The position numbers were made by a program, and so were the translations under genes. Below, one piece after another: positions 36,782 through 47,185 of a DNA stretch of 64,000 nt. The notes under the pieces are model-generated. The model was not told the DNA's origin and ran no database searches. It saw nothing but the letters and a program-made list of their open reading frames with translations. The stretch spans positions 42,990,024 through 43,054,023 of the forward strand of contig NC_068995.1 of NCBI RefSeq assembly GCF_001194135.2. Reading direction: 5' to 3'. Within the stretch, counting starts at the first letter, position 1, and the number at the start of each line of letters is the position of its first letter. This DNA comes from Octopus bimaculoides (taxonomy: Eukaryota).

Positions 36782-37139
36782 GCACATCATAATTATATGT
36801 ATATAGAATGTCTACGTGTGTGTGTTCGTGTGTTCATGTGTTCGTGTATATTGTTATCCATTGTTAGCTTGTGTGCAATGTATTTAGTACAAGCCCTTTA
36901 CCGGATCTTTTTAAAACGGGGGCCACATTTTTCATTAACGAAACACTTTGACACTTGGAACACTGGTAGAATGTGTCATATAAAACATCTTTTTCTCTTA
37001 GTCTTCTTAAAAGAAAAAGAAATCCATAAGTTATTTCATGTTAAAGTTGTCGTATTTCTGTAATTTCAACCAATCACTGACGTCCATTCAGCCGATATAC
37101 ATTAAGTGCCGACTACATAAACAAACGATTCTGAAACAA

Positions 37140-37179
37140 TTAACCCTAACCCTAGGGTTCGGGTTAGGGTTAGGGTTAA
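37140..37179. repeat. Interstitial telomere-like palindrome (CCCTAA)2-(GGGTTA)4
   Basis: ttaaccctaaccctagggttcgggttagggttagggttaa. Confidence 0.9.
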
Positions 37180-38169
37180 AGCAAATTTAAAATGAAAAAA
37201 GCAAATAAAACGAAGGTATGGAGATTAAATACGCNNNNNNNNNNNNNNNNNNNNNNNNNNNNNNNNNNNNNNNNNNNNNNNNNNNNNNNNNNNNNNNNNN
37301 NNNNNNNNNNNNNNNNNNNNNNNNNNNNNNNNNNNNNNNNNNNNNNNNNNNNNNNNNNNNNNNNNNNNNNNNNNNNNNNNNNNNNNNNNNNNNNNNNNNN
37401 NNNNNNNNNNNNNNNNNNNNNNNNNNNNNNNNNNNNNNNNNNNNNNNNNNNNNNNNNNNNNNNNNNNNNNNNNNNNNNNNNNNNNNNNNNNNNNNNNNNN
37501 NNNNNNNNNNNNNNNNNNNNNNNNNNNNNNNNNNNNNNNNNNNNNNNNNNNNNNNNNNNNNNNNNNNNNNNNNNNNNNNNNNNNNNNNNNNNNNNNNNNN
37601 NNNNNNNNNNNNNNNNNNNNNNNNNNNNNNNNNNNNNNNNNNNNNNNNNNNNNNNNNNNNNNNNNNNNNNNNNNNNNNNNNNNNNNNNNNNNNNNNNNNN
37701 NNNNNNNNNNNNNNNNNNNNNNNNNNNNNNNNNNNNNNNNNNNNNNNNNNNNNNNNNNNNNNNNNNNNNNNNNNNNNNNNNNNNNNNNNNNNNNNNNNNN
37801 NNNNNNNNNNNNNNNNNNNNNNNNNNNNNNNNNNNNNNNNNNNNNNNNNNNNNNNNNNNNNNNNNNNNNNNNNNNNNNNNNNNNNNNNNNNNNNNNNNNN
37901 NNNNNNNNNNNNNNNNNNNNNNNNNNNNNNNNNNNNNNNNNNNNNNNNNNNNNNNNNNNNNNNNNNNNNNNNNNNNNNNNNNNNNNNNNNNNNNNNNNNN
38001 NNNNNNNNNNNNNNNNNNNNNNNNNNNNNNNNNNNNNNNNNNNNNNNNNNNNNNNNNNNNNNNNNNNNNNNNNNNNNNNNNNNNNNNNNNNNNNNNNNNN
38101 NNNNNNNNNNNNNNNNNNNNNNNNNNNNNNNNNNNNNNNNNNNNNNNNNNNNNNNNATATATATATATA

Positions 38170-38400
38170 TATACATGGGGAGAATTCAAAAAAAAAAGAA
38201 GCAACAGACGAAGACAGGTAGTGTAGAAAAGGAATAGATGTATTAGTATAACGCTCGGGAATTGAAATAGTCTTTAATGTCTCGAGCCTTCACTCTTCCA
38301 CAGAAAGGAACACAGAAAGAAGCACAGAAAGAAGCAAGGAGAGAAAAGAAATGTGTGTAGTGGTTAGCGATATATCATGGCGAATGCCGGAAAGAAGGGT
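38170..38400 (-). mobile_element. Probable PLE-derived non-autonomous repeat with a decayed minimal hammerhead
   Basis: Minus strand ctgtgGAAGAGtgaagGCTCGAGACatTAaagac resembles CTGAAGAG-loop-GCTCGAAAC-TA with core substitutions. Family assignment is from memory. Confidence 0.45.
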
Positions 38401-38436
38401 CATACATACATACGTATATTATTTTTTTATACCGAA

Positions 38437-38555
38437 TTCAACTAAGGCTTTAGTCGGCTTTAGAAATTATTAGAAGGCACTTGAGGAAGGTGTCACGCAG
38501 TGAGACCGAACCCGGAACCATGTGGTTGAAAGCAAGCTTCTTACGACACATCTAC
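38437..38555 (-). mobile_element. SINE family C 5' half
   Basis: aaggctttagtcggc...agaaggcacttgaggaaggtgtcacgcagtgagaccgaacccggaaccatgtggttgaaagcaagcttctt. Confidence 0.8.
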
Positions 38556-40659
38556 ACACATACACACACACAATCACATACGAACACAACACGCACACCC
38601 ATGCATATATCTACATGTATGTGTGTGTGTGTGCGTGTCTGTATGTTCAGTTTTAATAAAAACAATTTTATTAATCTGAAACGCTACTCTATAATTTTGT
38701 TTAATATATATAATATTTTTTAAGCAAGAACACACACACACATATATATATATATGTGTGTATATATATATATATACTCACATGTATTTAAATATATTAT
38801 ATTATTCATATATTAGTATATACATATATATGTATACAGGTCTCTCTCTTTACACACACACATATATAGATATTGTGCCATTAAATAAATTATATTTATC
38901 TCTCACCAGATGGAGTACATATTCTGTTAAATTTTTTATCACAGAACAGTATATTATATTATACTATGTTATATTATATTATACCATATTATATCATATT
39001 ATATAACATATATATATATAGATTTAAAGAAAACAAAAAAGGAGAAGTATTGATGAACAACAATTGACTTACATCAATTATTATTTATTAATTCAATACA
39101 AATAGACTGCAGTTTGTGTATTTTATGTTTTCTTTAAAATTTGATTCTTGATAACCTCATGTTTATGCTTGCATATATACTCCCATGGTTAAACATCGGT
39201 AATATACCGGTAAAATAATGGATCCTTCTATCCCTTAGACGGTTATTTTAACCTCTAGCGCCGCTAACCTTATATATGTGTGTGTTTGTGTGCGTGTTTG
39301 TATATTGAAGATATCAGATTAACAATTCCTCCTTTCTTATATAACGGATTTTCATGCTTTTGATATTGCCTCCATCCGTTGCCGTCATTTTCATAAATTC
39401 TCTCCTTTGTTTGGTTTGTAATTATAGCAATTGTCCTGTATTCTGTAAGCTGCTCCTCGATTTAATTTTTGTAAAGGAAATATTTTGTCTAAGTAATAGG
39501 TTAATAGATGGGTGTAATTTTGTATTGGACCAATTGAGAGTTTTTGTAATATGCTGTGTACACGTACACATACTAACGTACGTATATACCTGTATCTATA
39601 TGTAAGTACGTACTTCTGTATGTATATTTTATGACCTAACTTTAACTTGGTTCAGATATGAATTGTTTCGAATTTGACTCTCCTACCCATGAACGTACTT
39701 GCTGGCCAAAGCTACGGGTAACTATGTTCAGATTGATATCTGAAAGTTTTAACATGTTTGTTCTTCAAGAATTTGCTAATAAACACTAATGATTTGTCAG
39801 TAATTTTAAGCAATCTATTCCCATGTTCTCGTTTAGATTAACTACTAGATTGCATACAAATCAGCGAAAAATGGCAACATATCAATATTTTTAATACTTA
39901 ATTTAGACGTAAATTTTCGAGTGTAATAATCCATTATTATATTCTTGAATTCTTGAGTATTTCCATTTATTTTCTCAAAAGTCCTGCAGTGAGGTAATGG
40001 AATTTTAATGAGGGTAAATATCCGATGACTTAATATTTAAACAATAATATAATTCCATTAACTCAGATGCGGCAATTNNNNNNNNNNNNNNNNNNNNNNN
40101 NNNNNNNNNNNNNNNNNNNNNNNNNNNNNNNNNNNNNNNNNNNNNNNNNNNNNNNNNNNNNNNNNNNNNNNNNNNNNNNNNNNNNNNNNNNNNNNNNNNN
40201 NNNNNNNNNNNNNNNNNNNNNNNNNNNNNNNNNNNNNNNNNNNNNNNNNNNNNNNNNNNNNNNNNNNNNNNNNNNNNNNNNNNNNNNNNNNNNNNNNNNN
40301 NNNNNNNNNNNNNNNNNNNNNNNNNNNNNNNNNNNNNNNNNNNNNNNNNNNNNNNNNNNNNNNNNNNNNNNNNNNNNNNNNNNNNNNNNNNNNNNNNNNN
40401 NNNNNNNNNNNNNNNNNNNNNNNNNNNNNNNNNNNNNNNNNNNNNNNNNNNNNNNNNNNNNNNNNNNNNNNNNNNNNNNNNNNNNNNNNNNNNNNNNNNN
40501 NNNNNNNNNNNNNNNNNNNNNNNNNNNNNNNNNNNNNNNNNNNNNNNNNNNNNNNNNNNNNNNNNNNNNNNNNNNNNNNNNNNNNNNNNNNNNNNNNNNN
40601 NNNNNNNNNNNNNNNNNNNNNNNNNNNNNNNNNNNNNNNNNATATATATAGTCTGAAAG

Positions 40660-41475
40660 AGAGTCTCGCGAAATACACGGTGCAGCACGAGACAAATGTC
40701 TAAGAGACAAAATATTTCCCGGACAACCTTACGACTGTCGTGCATAAGTATTTAAATTGTAAATCATTAAAATTACAACATCGAGACCTAGTTTTGACAG
40801 CTTCCAAAGCAAAAGAACAGGACAGGTGCAAAAAAATTGGCGGAAGATATTTAGATCACCTGTGACAATGCCTTCATTTGGTCGGAAGAAGAGATATTCA
40901 CCGTGGAGGCTATTCTAAACACACAGAATGGCAGGATTTTGACTACAAATACGTATATTGTTCCCAAAAGAGCGTGTAAGGTGTTTCGCTGAATGATACC
41001 CGCCAGAGAAGAGAGATGGTTTGAGTGGCGGTGTCATCCGATTATGGAAAATCTCTAGTGTACATTAAAGAGGGGACGAAAGTCAGTTTGGCATTTTCCA
41101 TGAAAATGTTGTAGGATAATATTTTCGGCATAGGTGATCGAATCAGTAAAAGATAATTACGTGTACACATAAGACAGAGCTGTTTTCATACGTCAAATGT
41201 TACCTAGCAGTGGTGCAGGAGCCATTTCAGAGGATTCTAGGACATGATTGTGTATCCTCTCTCAATCACAGACGTCAACCGATGGACTTCATTATTTGGT
41301 CCATTCGGGAAATTGATAATTCAAGTATTCGATAGGAAAATATAACCTTTCTGAAGAAAGTCTCAGTCACGTCATAGGGACACTTAAGTGAAGAAGTCAT
41401 CCAGTGTTCGTGTGACTGTCTTCTCGGCCACCTTCGGGCGACTGTAAAGGGTAAAGGCGCACATATTGAATTGAA
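40660..41475 (+). pseudogene. Tc1/mariner transposase relic, maT/DD37D-like
   Basis: FIWSEEEIFTVEAILNTQNGRI, *DRA..HTSNVT*QWCRSHF, DVN..MDFIIWS, KGKGAHIE. DDD spacing cannot be counted exactly because of frameshifts. Confidence 0.75.
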
Positions 41476-41733
41476 TGTGTTTTAATGTTACATGATCCTA
41501 TTTCATTAAAACCTAAAGAACTTGTGTGCTTTTATATCCTTTACTAAACGTCATAACTAAAAATAAATTGAAAATTTTAGCCCTAACCCCGTGTGTGTGA
41601 GAGAGAGACTACACCAGAAGATAACGGTACGTAATTCCAGATTAAAATAGAAGCGAGCACATCAACATTTGCGGCACTAACGAACAACCTAACTCTACAA
41701 TTTTTTCCCTCTTTAAATTTAGGAACAAGGCAA

Positions 41734-41792
<59 letters not shown>

Positions 41793-41852
41793 AAATATAC
41801 AATATATATATTGTTAGGGACTTAAAAACGATAAAACCTTTTATCGGATAAT

Positions 41853-41953
41853 TCTTTCTTTATTGCCCACAAGGGGCTAAATATAGAGGGGACAAACAAG
41901 TACAGACAAAGGGATTAAGTCGGTTAGATCGACCCCAGTGCGTAACTGGTACT
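41853..41953 (-). mobile_element. SINE-A 3' part with alternative tail (A2)
   Basis: Sense agtaccagttacgcactggggtcgatctaaccgac (SINE-A core), then ttaatccctttgtctgtacttgtttgtcccctctatatttagccccttgtgggcaataaagaaagaa. Left TSD at 41832-41852. Confidence 0.88.
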
Positions 41954-42572
41954 NNNNNNNNNNNNNNNNNNNNNNNNNNNNNNNNNNNNNNNNNNNNNNN
42001 NNNNNNNNNNNNNNNNNNNNNNNNNNNNNNNNNNNNNNNNNNNNNNNNNNNNNNNNNNNNNNNNNNNNNNNNNNNNNNNNNNNNNNNNNNNNNNNNNNNN
42101 NNNNNNNNNNNNNNNNNNNNNNNNNNNNNNNNNNNNNNNNNNNNNNNNNNNNNNNNNNNNNNNNNNNNNNNNNNNNNNNNNNNNNNNNNNNNNNNNNNNN
42201 NNNNNNNNNNNNNNNNNNNNNNNNNNNNNNNNNNNNNNNNNNNNNNNNNNNNNNNNNNNNNNNNNNNNNNNNNNNNNNNNNNNNNNNNNNNNNNNNNNNN
42301 NNNNNNNNNNNNNNNNNNNNNNNNNNNNNNNNNNNNNNNNNNNNNNNNNNNNNNNNNNNNNNNNNNNNNNNNNNNNNNNNNNNNNNNNNNNNNNNNNNNN
42401 NNNNNNNNNNNNNNNNNNNNNNNNNNNNNNNNNNNNNNNNNNNNNNNNNNNNNNNNNNNNNNNNNNNNNNNNNNNNNNNNNNNNNNNNNNNNNNNNNNNN
42501 NNNNNNNNNNNNNNNNNNNNNNNNNNNNNNNNNNNNNNNNNNNNNNNNNNNNNNNNNNNNNNNNNNNNNNNN

Positions 42573-43181
42573 GGTGGTTGTATTCGAACCACGCTATCTT
42601 TCACTTTCATCATTTTTTAATATTTTATGTAGTCTAACTTGTTCGTCGACAGCTGCCGGGTTCGACCCCTAGCTGCCAACGCAAAACTTTTTTTTTCCTT
42701 TCTCGCCTGCTCAGTCTGGATGCTAGGCGCATCGATAATCCTTTTGGTCACAATACTTTCTGACAAAGTTGAGAAATCTTCTTGTGAAAGCTCTGACGAG
42801 CTTTCCGATACGTCTCCAAATATTTAATACATCCTGCTGTGCACTTTGGTAACGGGGGAATTACAAATTCTTTTTTTCAGGGGAATCCACTGGTTTTTCA
42901 CTTGTAGTTGGCTCCTCGCCAGACAACAGATCTTTCGTCTCACTAGACATTTCTGTGCCAACGTTAGGCCTCTCTCTAGACGTCATTCTTCCCCCCCAAC
43001 GGGGGAATGAACAAACGTGTGCTTTCTACAAGCACTTAGTGTTTTCAAATAAAAACTCCAACAGTTAGAATTTCAACAGAAATTGCAGTTAGTAAAGGAG
43101 TAGTTATTATAAATATTAACACTAATAACCAGCAATTTTCACCACGAACACACGTGCGACGCGTAACCAACAAACTCACAG
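42573..43181 (-). mobile_element. Insert 2: 5' UTR and frameshifted ORF start of a retroposon, continuing into an N-gap
   Basis: Starts after ggtatttcgtct (43182-43193). ATG at 42986 gives MTSRERPNVGTEMSSETKDLLSGEEPTTSEKPVDSPEKK; a later frame reads FGDVSESSSELSQEDF...KEKKSFALAARG, resembling an ORF1 N-terminus. Confidence 0.55.
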
Positions 43182-43193
43182 AGACGAAATACC

Positions 43194-45043
43194 AATTTCT
43201 TTATTACCCACAAGGGGCTAAACACAGATGGGACAATACACACATGCGGGGACAATTAACACATGATAGAATGGAACAATGAAATTAAACAATGATGATG
43301 GGACGGGCACCCCAGCCCCACCCCGGGGCGGCCGCGTTATTTCAATTATTTCAACAGTTCTTAATAGTTCCTTTCACAATCTTCGATATTTCTTTTCAAA
43401 ATTATCTCAATAATTTATCCAAAATAAAACTACTCAGCGTTTTCTATAATCTTATTTCCTCGTAGTTCACCACTGGAGCGCTGGGTTTGAAATTCACCTC
43501 GGGCCCCAGTGGGTTTATNNNNNNNNNNNNNNNNNNNNNNNNNNNNNNNNNNNNNNNNNNNNNNNNNNNNNNNNNNNNNNNNNNNNNNNNNNNNNNNNNN
43601 NNNNNNNNNNNNNNNNNNNNNNNNNNNNNNNNNNNNNNNNNNNNNNNNNNNNNNNNNNNNNNNNNNNNNNNNNNNNNNNNNNNNNNNNNNNNNNNNNNNN
43701 NNNNNNNNNNNNNNNNNNNNNNNNNNNNNNNNNNNNNNNNNNNNNNNNNNNNNNNNNNNNNNNNNNNNNNNNNNNNNNNNNNNNNNNNNNNNNNNNNNNN
43801 NNNNNNNNNNNNNNNNNNNNNNNNNNNNNNNNNNNNNNNNNNNNNNNNNNNNNNNNNNNNNNNNNNNNNNNNNNNNNNNNNNNNNNNNNNNNNNNNNNNN
43901 NNNNNNNNNNNNNNNNNNNNNNNNNNNNNNNNNNNNNNNNNNNNNNNNNNNNNNNNNNNNNNNNNNNNNNNNNNNNNNNNNNNNNNNNNNNNNNNNNNNN
44001 NNNNNNNNNNNNNNNNNNNNNNNNNNNNNNNNNNNNNNNNNNNNNNNNNNNNNNNNNNNNNNNNNNNNNNNNNNNNNNNNNNNNNNNNNNNNNNNNNNNN
44101 NNNNNNNNNNNNNNNNNNNNNNNNNNNNNNNNNNNNNNNNNNNNNNNNNNNNNNNNNNNNNNNNNNNNNNNNNNNNNNNNNNNNNNNNNNNNNNNNNNNN
44201 NNNNNNNNNNNNNNNNNNNNNNNNNNNNNNNNNNNNNNNNNNNNNNNNNNNNNNNNNNNNNNNNNNNNNNNNNNNNNNNNNNNNNNNNNNNNNNNNNNNN
44301 NNNNNNNNNNNNNNNNTATGTCCAGTTTGTCCTCGTTAGGCAGCTCCAGTGTCTCCGGTATGTCACTGTAAACTTTCTGACTTGCTATAAAAAGCACATT
44401 CAATCCATACCCCCAGCAATTTATTTGTTGGGTTCTGCTTATCATAATTATCCTTACATCTTCTCCTTCTCTTTCAGGAAAAACTGCTGCCATTACCCAT
44501 TCCAACTCTATTTTCGGTGGGATCCTACCCACTCTAATCCACGCTGGACGTCTACCCAACTTACTGGGAAAGAGCATCCAATTTCCATTGGCTAGTATTT
44601 TATTGGCGTATTTTTTTGCTGCCTCCTCCGATACAAATGTTATTTCTACAGATGCCTATGTCTTGCCTCTTGTAAAAAACAACACATCTTCTTGGAATTC
44701 CTTCAAACACTCCTCCTTCGTTCCACTCTCTATTCTTTTATTTTTCCTTGGAAAGGATTTATATTCCACGACTCCAATTTCCATTTTCGTCTTTTCCTCC
44801 TCTGATGGGGACAACTTTACGTTTGGCCCCTCCTTCTTTATATTTTTCAATTTTCTCAGCCATGTCTTCATTCCAAGGTATTTCATATTGCTTCAGCAGG
44901 CCTGGGACGACGGAGGCTCGACTACCCGCCGCTGTTGTATACGTCTTCATGTTCTCCATCTCAGCAACGCCCACCAAAAAATAGTGGTGTTATACTAAAA
45001 AAATCGCAGCGAGTAATAACACGTCCGACCAGTAAACTCCCGC
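43194..45043 (-). mobile_element. Insert 1: about 1.85-kb retroposon encoding an ORF1/gag-like (RRM-like) protein, no ORF2 visible
   Basis: Frame KSFPRK...FFTRGKT*ASVEITFVSEEAAKKY...LFPSKLGRRPAWIRVGRIPPKIELEWVMAAV...IPETLELPNEDKLDI, then a 798-N gap, INPLGPEV...EEIRL*, a G-rich tract (43300-43336) and tail ttagccccttgtgggtaataaagaaat. Confidence 0.75.
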
Positions 45044-45105
45044 CAGACGAAATAGCGCCAAGCATTTCGCCCGGTGTGCTAACGATTCTGCCAGGTCGCC
45101 GCCTT
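45044..45105 (-). mobile_element. SINE-A 5' head, interrupted before the B box
   Basis: aaggcggcgacctggcagaatcgttagcacaccgggcgaaatgcttggcgctatttcgtctg. Right TSD at 45105-45125. Confidence 0.92.
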
Positions 45106-45869
45106 AAAACCTTTTACCGGATAATGTTAAGTTAAACAGACAGTTTTTCATACTGCGCTGTAAGATCAGGATGAAGTCCATTGTCAAAATGGGGGTAGCT
45201 AGGTTTTAATAGCCAAATTGTGAAACTCTAAAAAAATTGGCTATACCTCAGCAAACCTTTATAAGCAGAGATAATTGTACCCCAGTTTTTTTTTTGTGAC
45301 AGCTTTTTTAATTTTTCTGTGAGACAAGTTTCAATTGGATTCTGGAAGCTATGACTGTCAGTTTAGTTTATGCACTTTGTGCTTGGTATTAGGCATTTAT
45401 GGTATTACATTATGCTCCAGGAATTCGCCAGAACTTTTTGATCGTCAGTTTTAAAATACTTTGTGTCACATCGTGGTGAGTAAAAAAAAATCTCTTCTGT
45501 TATATTATAATATTTATGTGAATTTTGAACCCTGCATTTGTGGAAGGTTGTGTAGTAATTTTGCTAGCTATTTTCTGTTTTGATAAATGTTAAAATTTGT
45601 ATATATAGCTAAATGGTGTATGAATTTAAGTTGTTCATGTAGCCAATTTTTGTATTAGACAACTAACCGTAAATTTTGTCTAATGGTTAGTCAGCATGTT
45701 TGTATGAAGTAGTTTTGTGTGAATTTAAAACAAAGTAGAATATTTGTTTGACAATTTAATTTTTTAACTATAATTATTGATGTAGTCTGGCAGCCGTTTT
45801 GAGTCACGAAGGTTTAGTTTAAATGGTTGCTTTGACATTAGATTTATTTATGCTTAGGTCGAAGGTTCG

Positions 45870-46075
45870 AAACCCAAGGTTCAGAAACCGAATTTGTGAA
45901 GACAGATTTTATGAAATTCAAATTATCGGAATCCATATTTTTGGGAAAACCAAATTTGTGAGGCCAGGTTTTGTGTGAGGCCAGTTTTGGTGGAACCAAA
46001 ATTTATGAATCCTGAGCTACGAATACAAGTTTGTGAAATTAAGTTGAAGCCGTGGTTCTGAGTCAGAATTTCTAA
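45870..46075. repeat. Degenerate minisatellite with about 15-bp units (aaaccgaatttgtga-like)
   Basis: Recurring aatttgtga, attttatga and aatttatga motifs. Confidence 0.6.
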
Positions 46076-46572
46076 ACTATTTACATATTGCCTTTCTAAA
46101 AATTTTGACTCCACGTCTAGTGTAGCATTAACTTATTTTTTTCGTATATATTTGTTTTGTATGTAGGCTATTTTTTTGTTTTTTTTTGCTGATAATTGTT
46201 AATAAGATTTTACAAAACTTCATAGTGTGTTGTTGTTTTGGGTTCATCCCATCTTTGTTGGTTGTGTAAATTCGGGTTATGGCCACCAGGTCGTAACAAT
46301 ACTTCGTTTTTGTTTCTTGATGGGCTGAGTAATACTACCTTATGACCTTACTATCTAACACACACTGTCTGGTTTCATTTCCACTCAATTATTATTTATA
46401 TTTTTTCTTCCAAAATTGCTTTTGTCCATTTGTCAATGGATGTTGACTCTCATCGAGAAGTTGGCAAAATCAATGAAAATTTTAGAAGAAAGAATATGAA
46501 TAATAAATCAGTGGAAATTGAACCGGTGTGTTAGATAATGAGGTATTAAGAGAGGGTGATTCTTTCCAGGCA

Positions 46573-46610
<38 letters not shown>

Positions 46611-46614
<4 letters not shown>

Positions 46615-46766
46615 CATACAAAAATAAGAGGAATGACCAGCAAAAGTGGACTCCTATATGCTAGAAATAGATGCCGAATAATTTTCGTGATTAGATGATT
46701 CGGCATCTATTTCTAGCATATACGAGTCCACTTTTGCTGGTCATTCCTCTTATTTTTGTATGTAAT
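46611..46766. repeat. Near-perfect hairpin: 69-bp arms (46611-46679 / 46698-46766), one mismatch, 18-nt loop
   Basis: attacatacaaaaataagaggaatgaccagcaaaagtggactc(c)tatatgctagaaatagatgccgaat versus its reverse complement with (g) at the marked base. Confidence 0.96.
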
Positions 46767-46878
46767 AATTTTAATCTTCGGATTTTTTAATATGCTAGAC
46801 CACTGGTTTTAATTGATTAATATCAATTTCTACTCTCATTAATAAATTTTATATATATATATATATATATAATATATT

Positions 46879-46967
46879 AGTCAAAACTCGTTATTAAATC
46901 GCCAAAAATACATTGCTGATAACTACAGAAATCAAACGAAGGCGTGATTTAATAACGAGTTTTGACT
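46879..46967. repeat. 22-bp perfect inverted repeat with 45-nt spacer
   Basis: agtcaaaactcgttattaaatc (46879-46900) / gatttaataacgagttttgact (46946-46967). Confidence 0.93.
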
Positions 46968-47138
46968 GTTATTTCAAGCAGGTCGACATACTTAGTATGT
47001 CCTTTGATTAATTTTAATCCCTCCGCTGTTTAATGCTTTTTTTTATTTTTGGCTTGATGTCGCCTGTATCATTGACTCTGTTATTATTCTTAAAGTATCT
47101 ACATTGGATAATAAAAACATTAATGATACCTTCATAAA

Positions 47139-47185
<47 letters not shown>

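Noticed and set aside
37140-37179. Ancestral telomere-telomere fusion site
   Set aside because: Orientation is CCCTAA then TTAGGG, whereas fusion gives the reverse, and there are only about 6 units.
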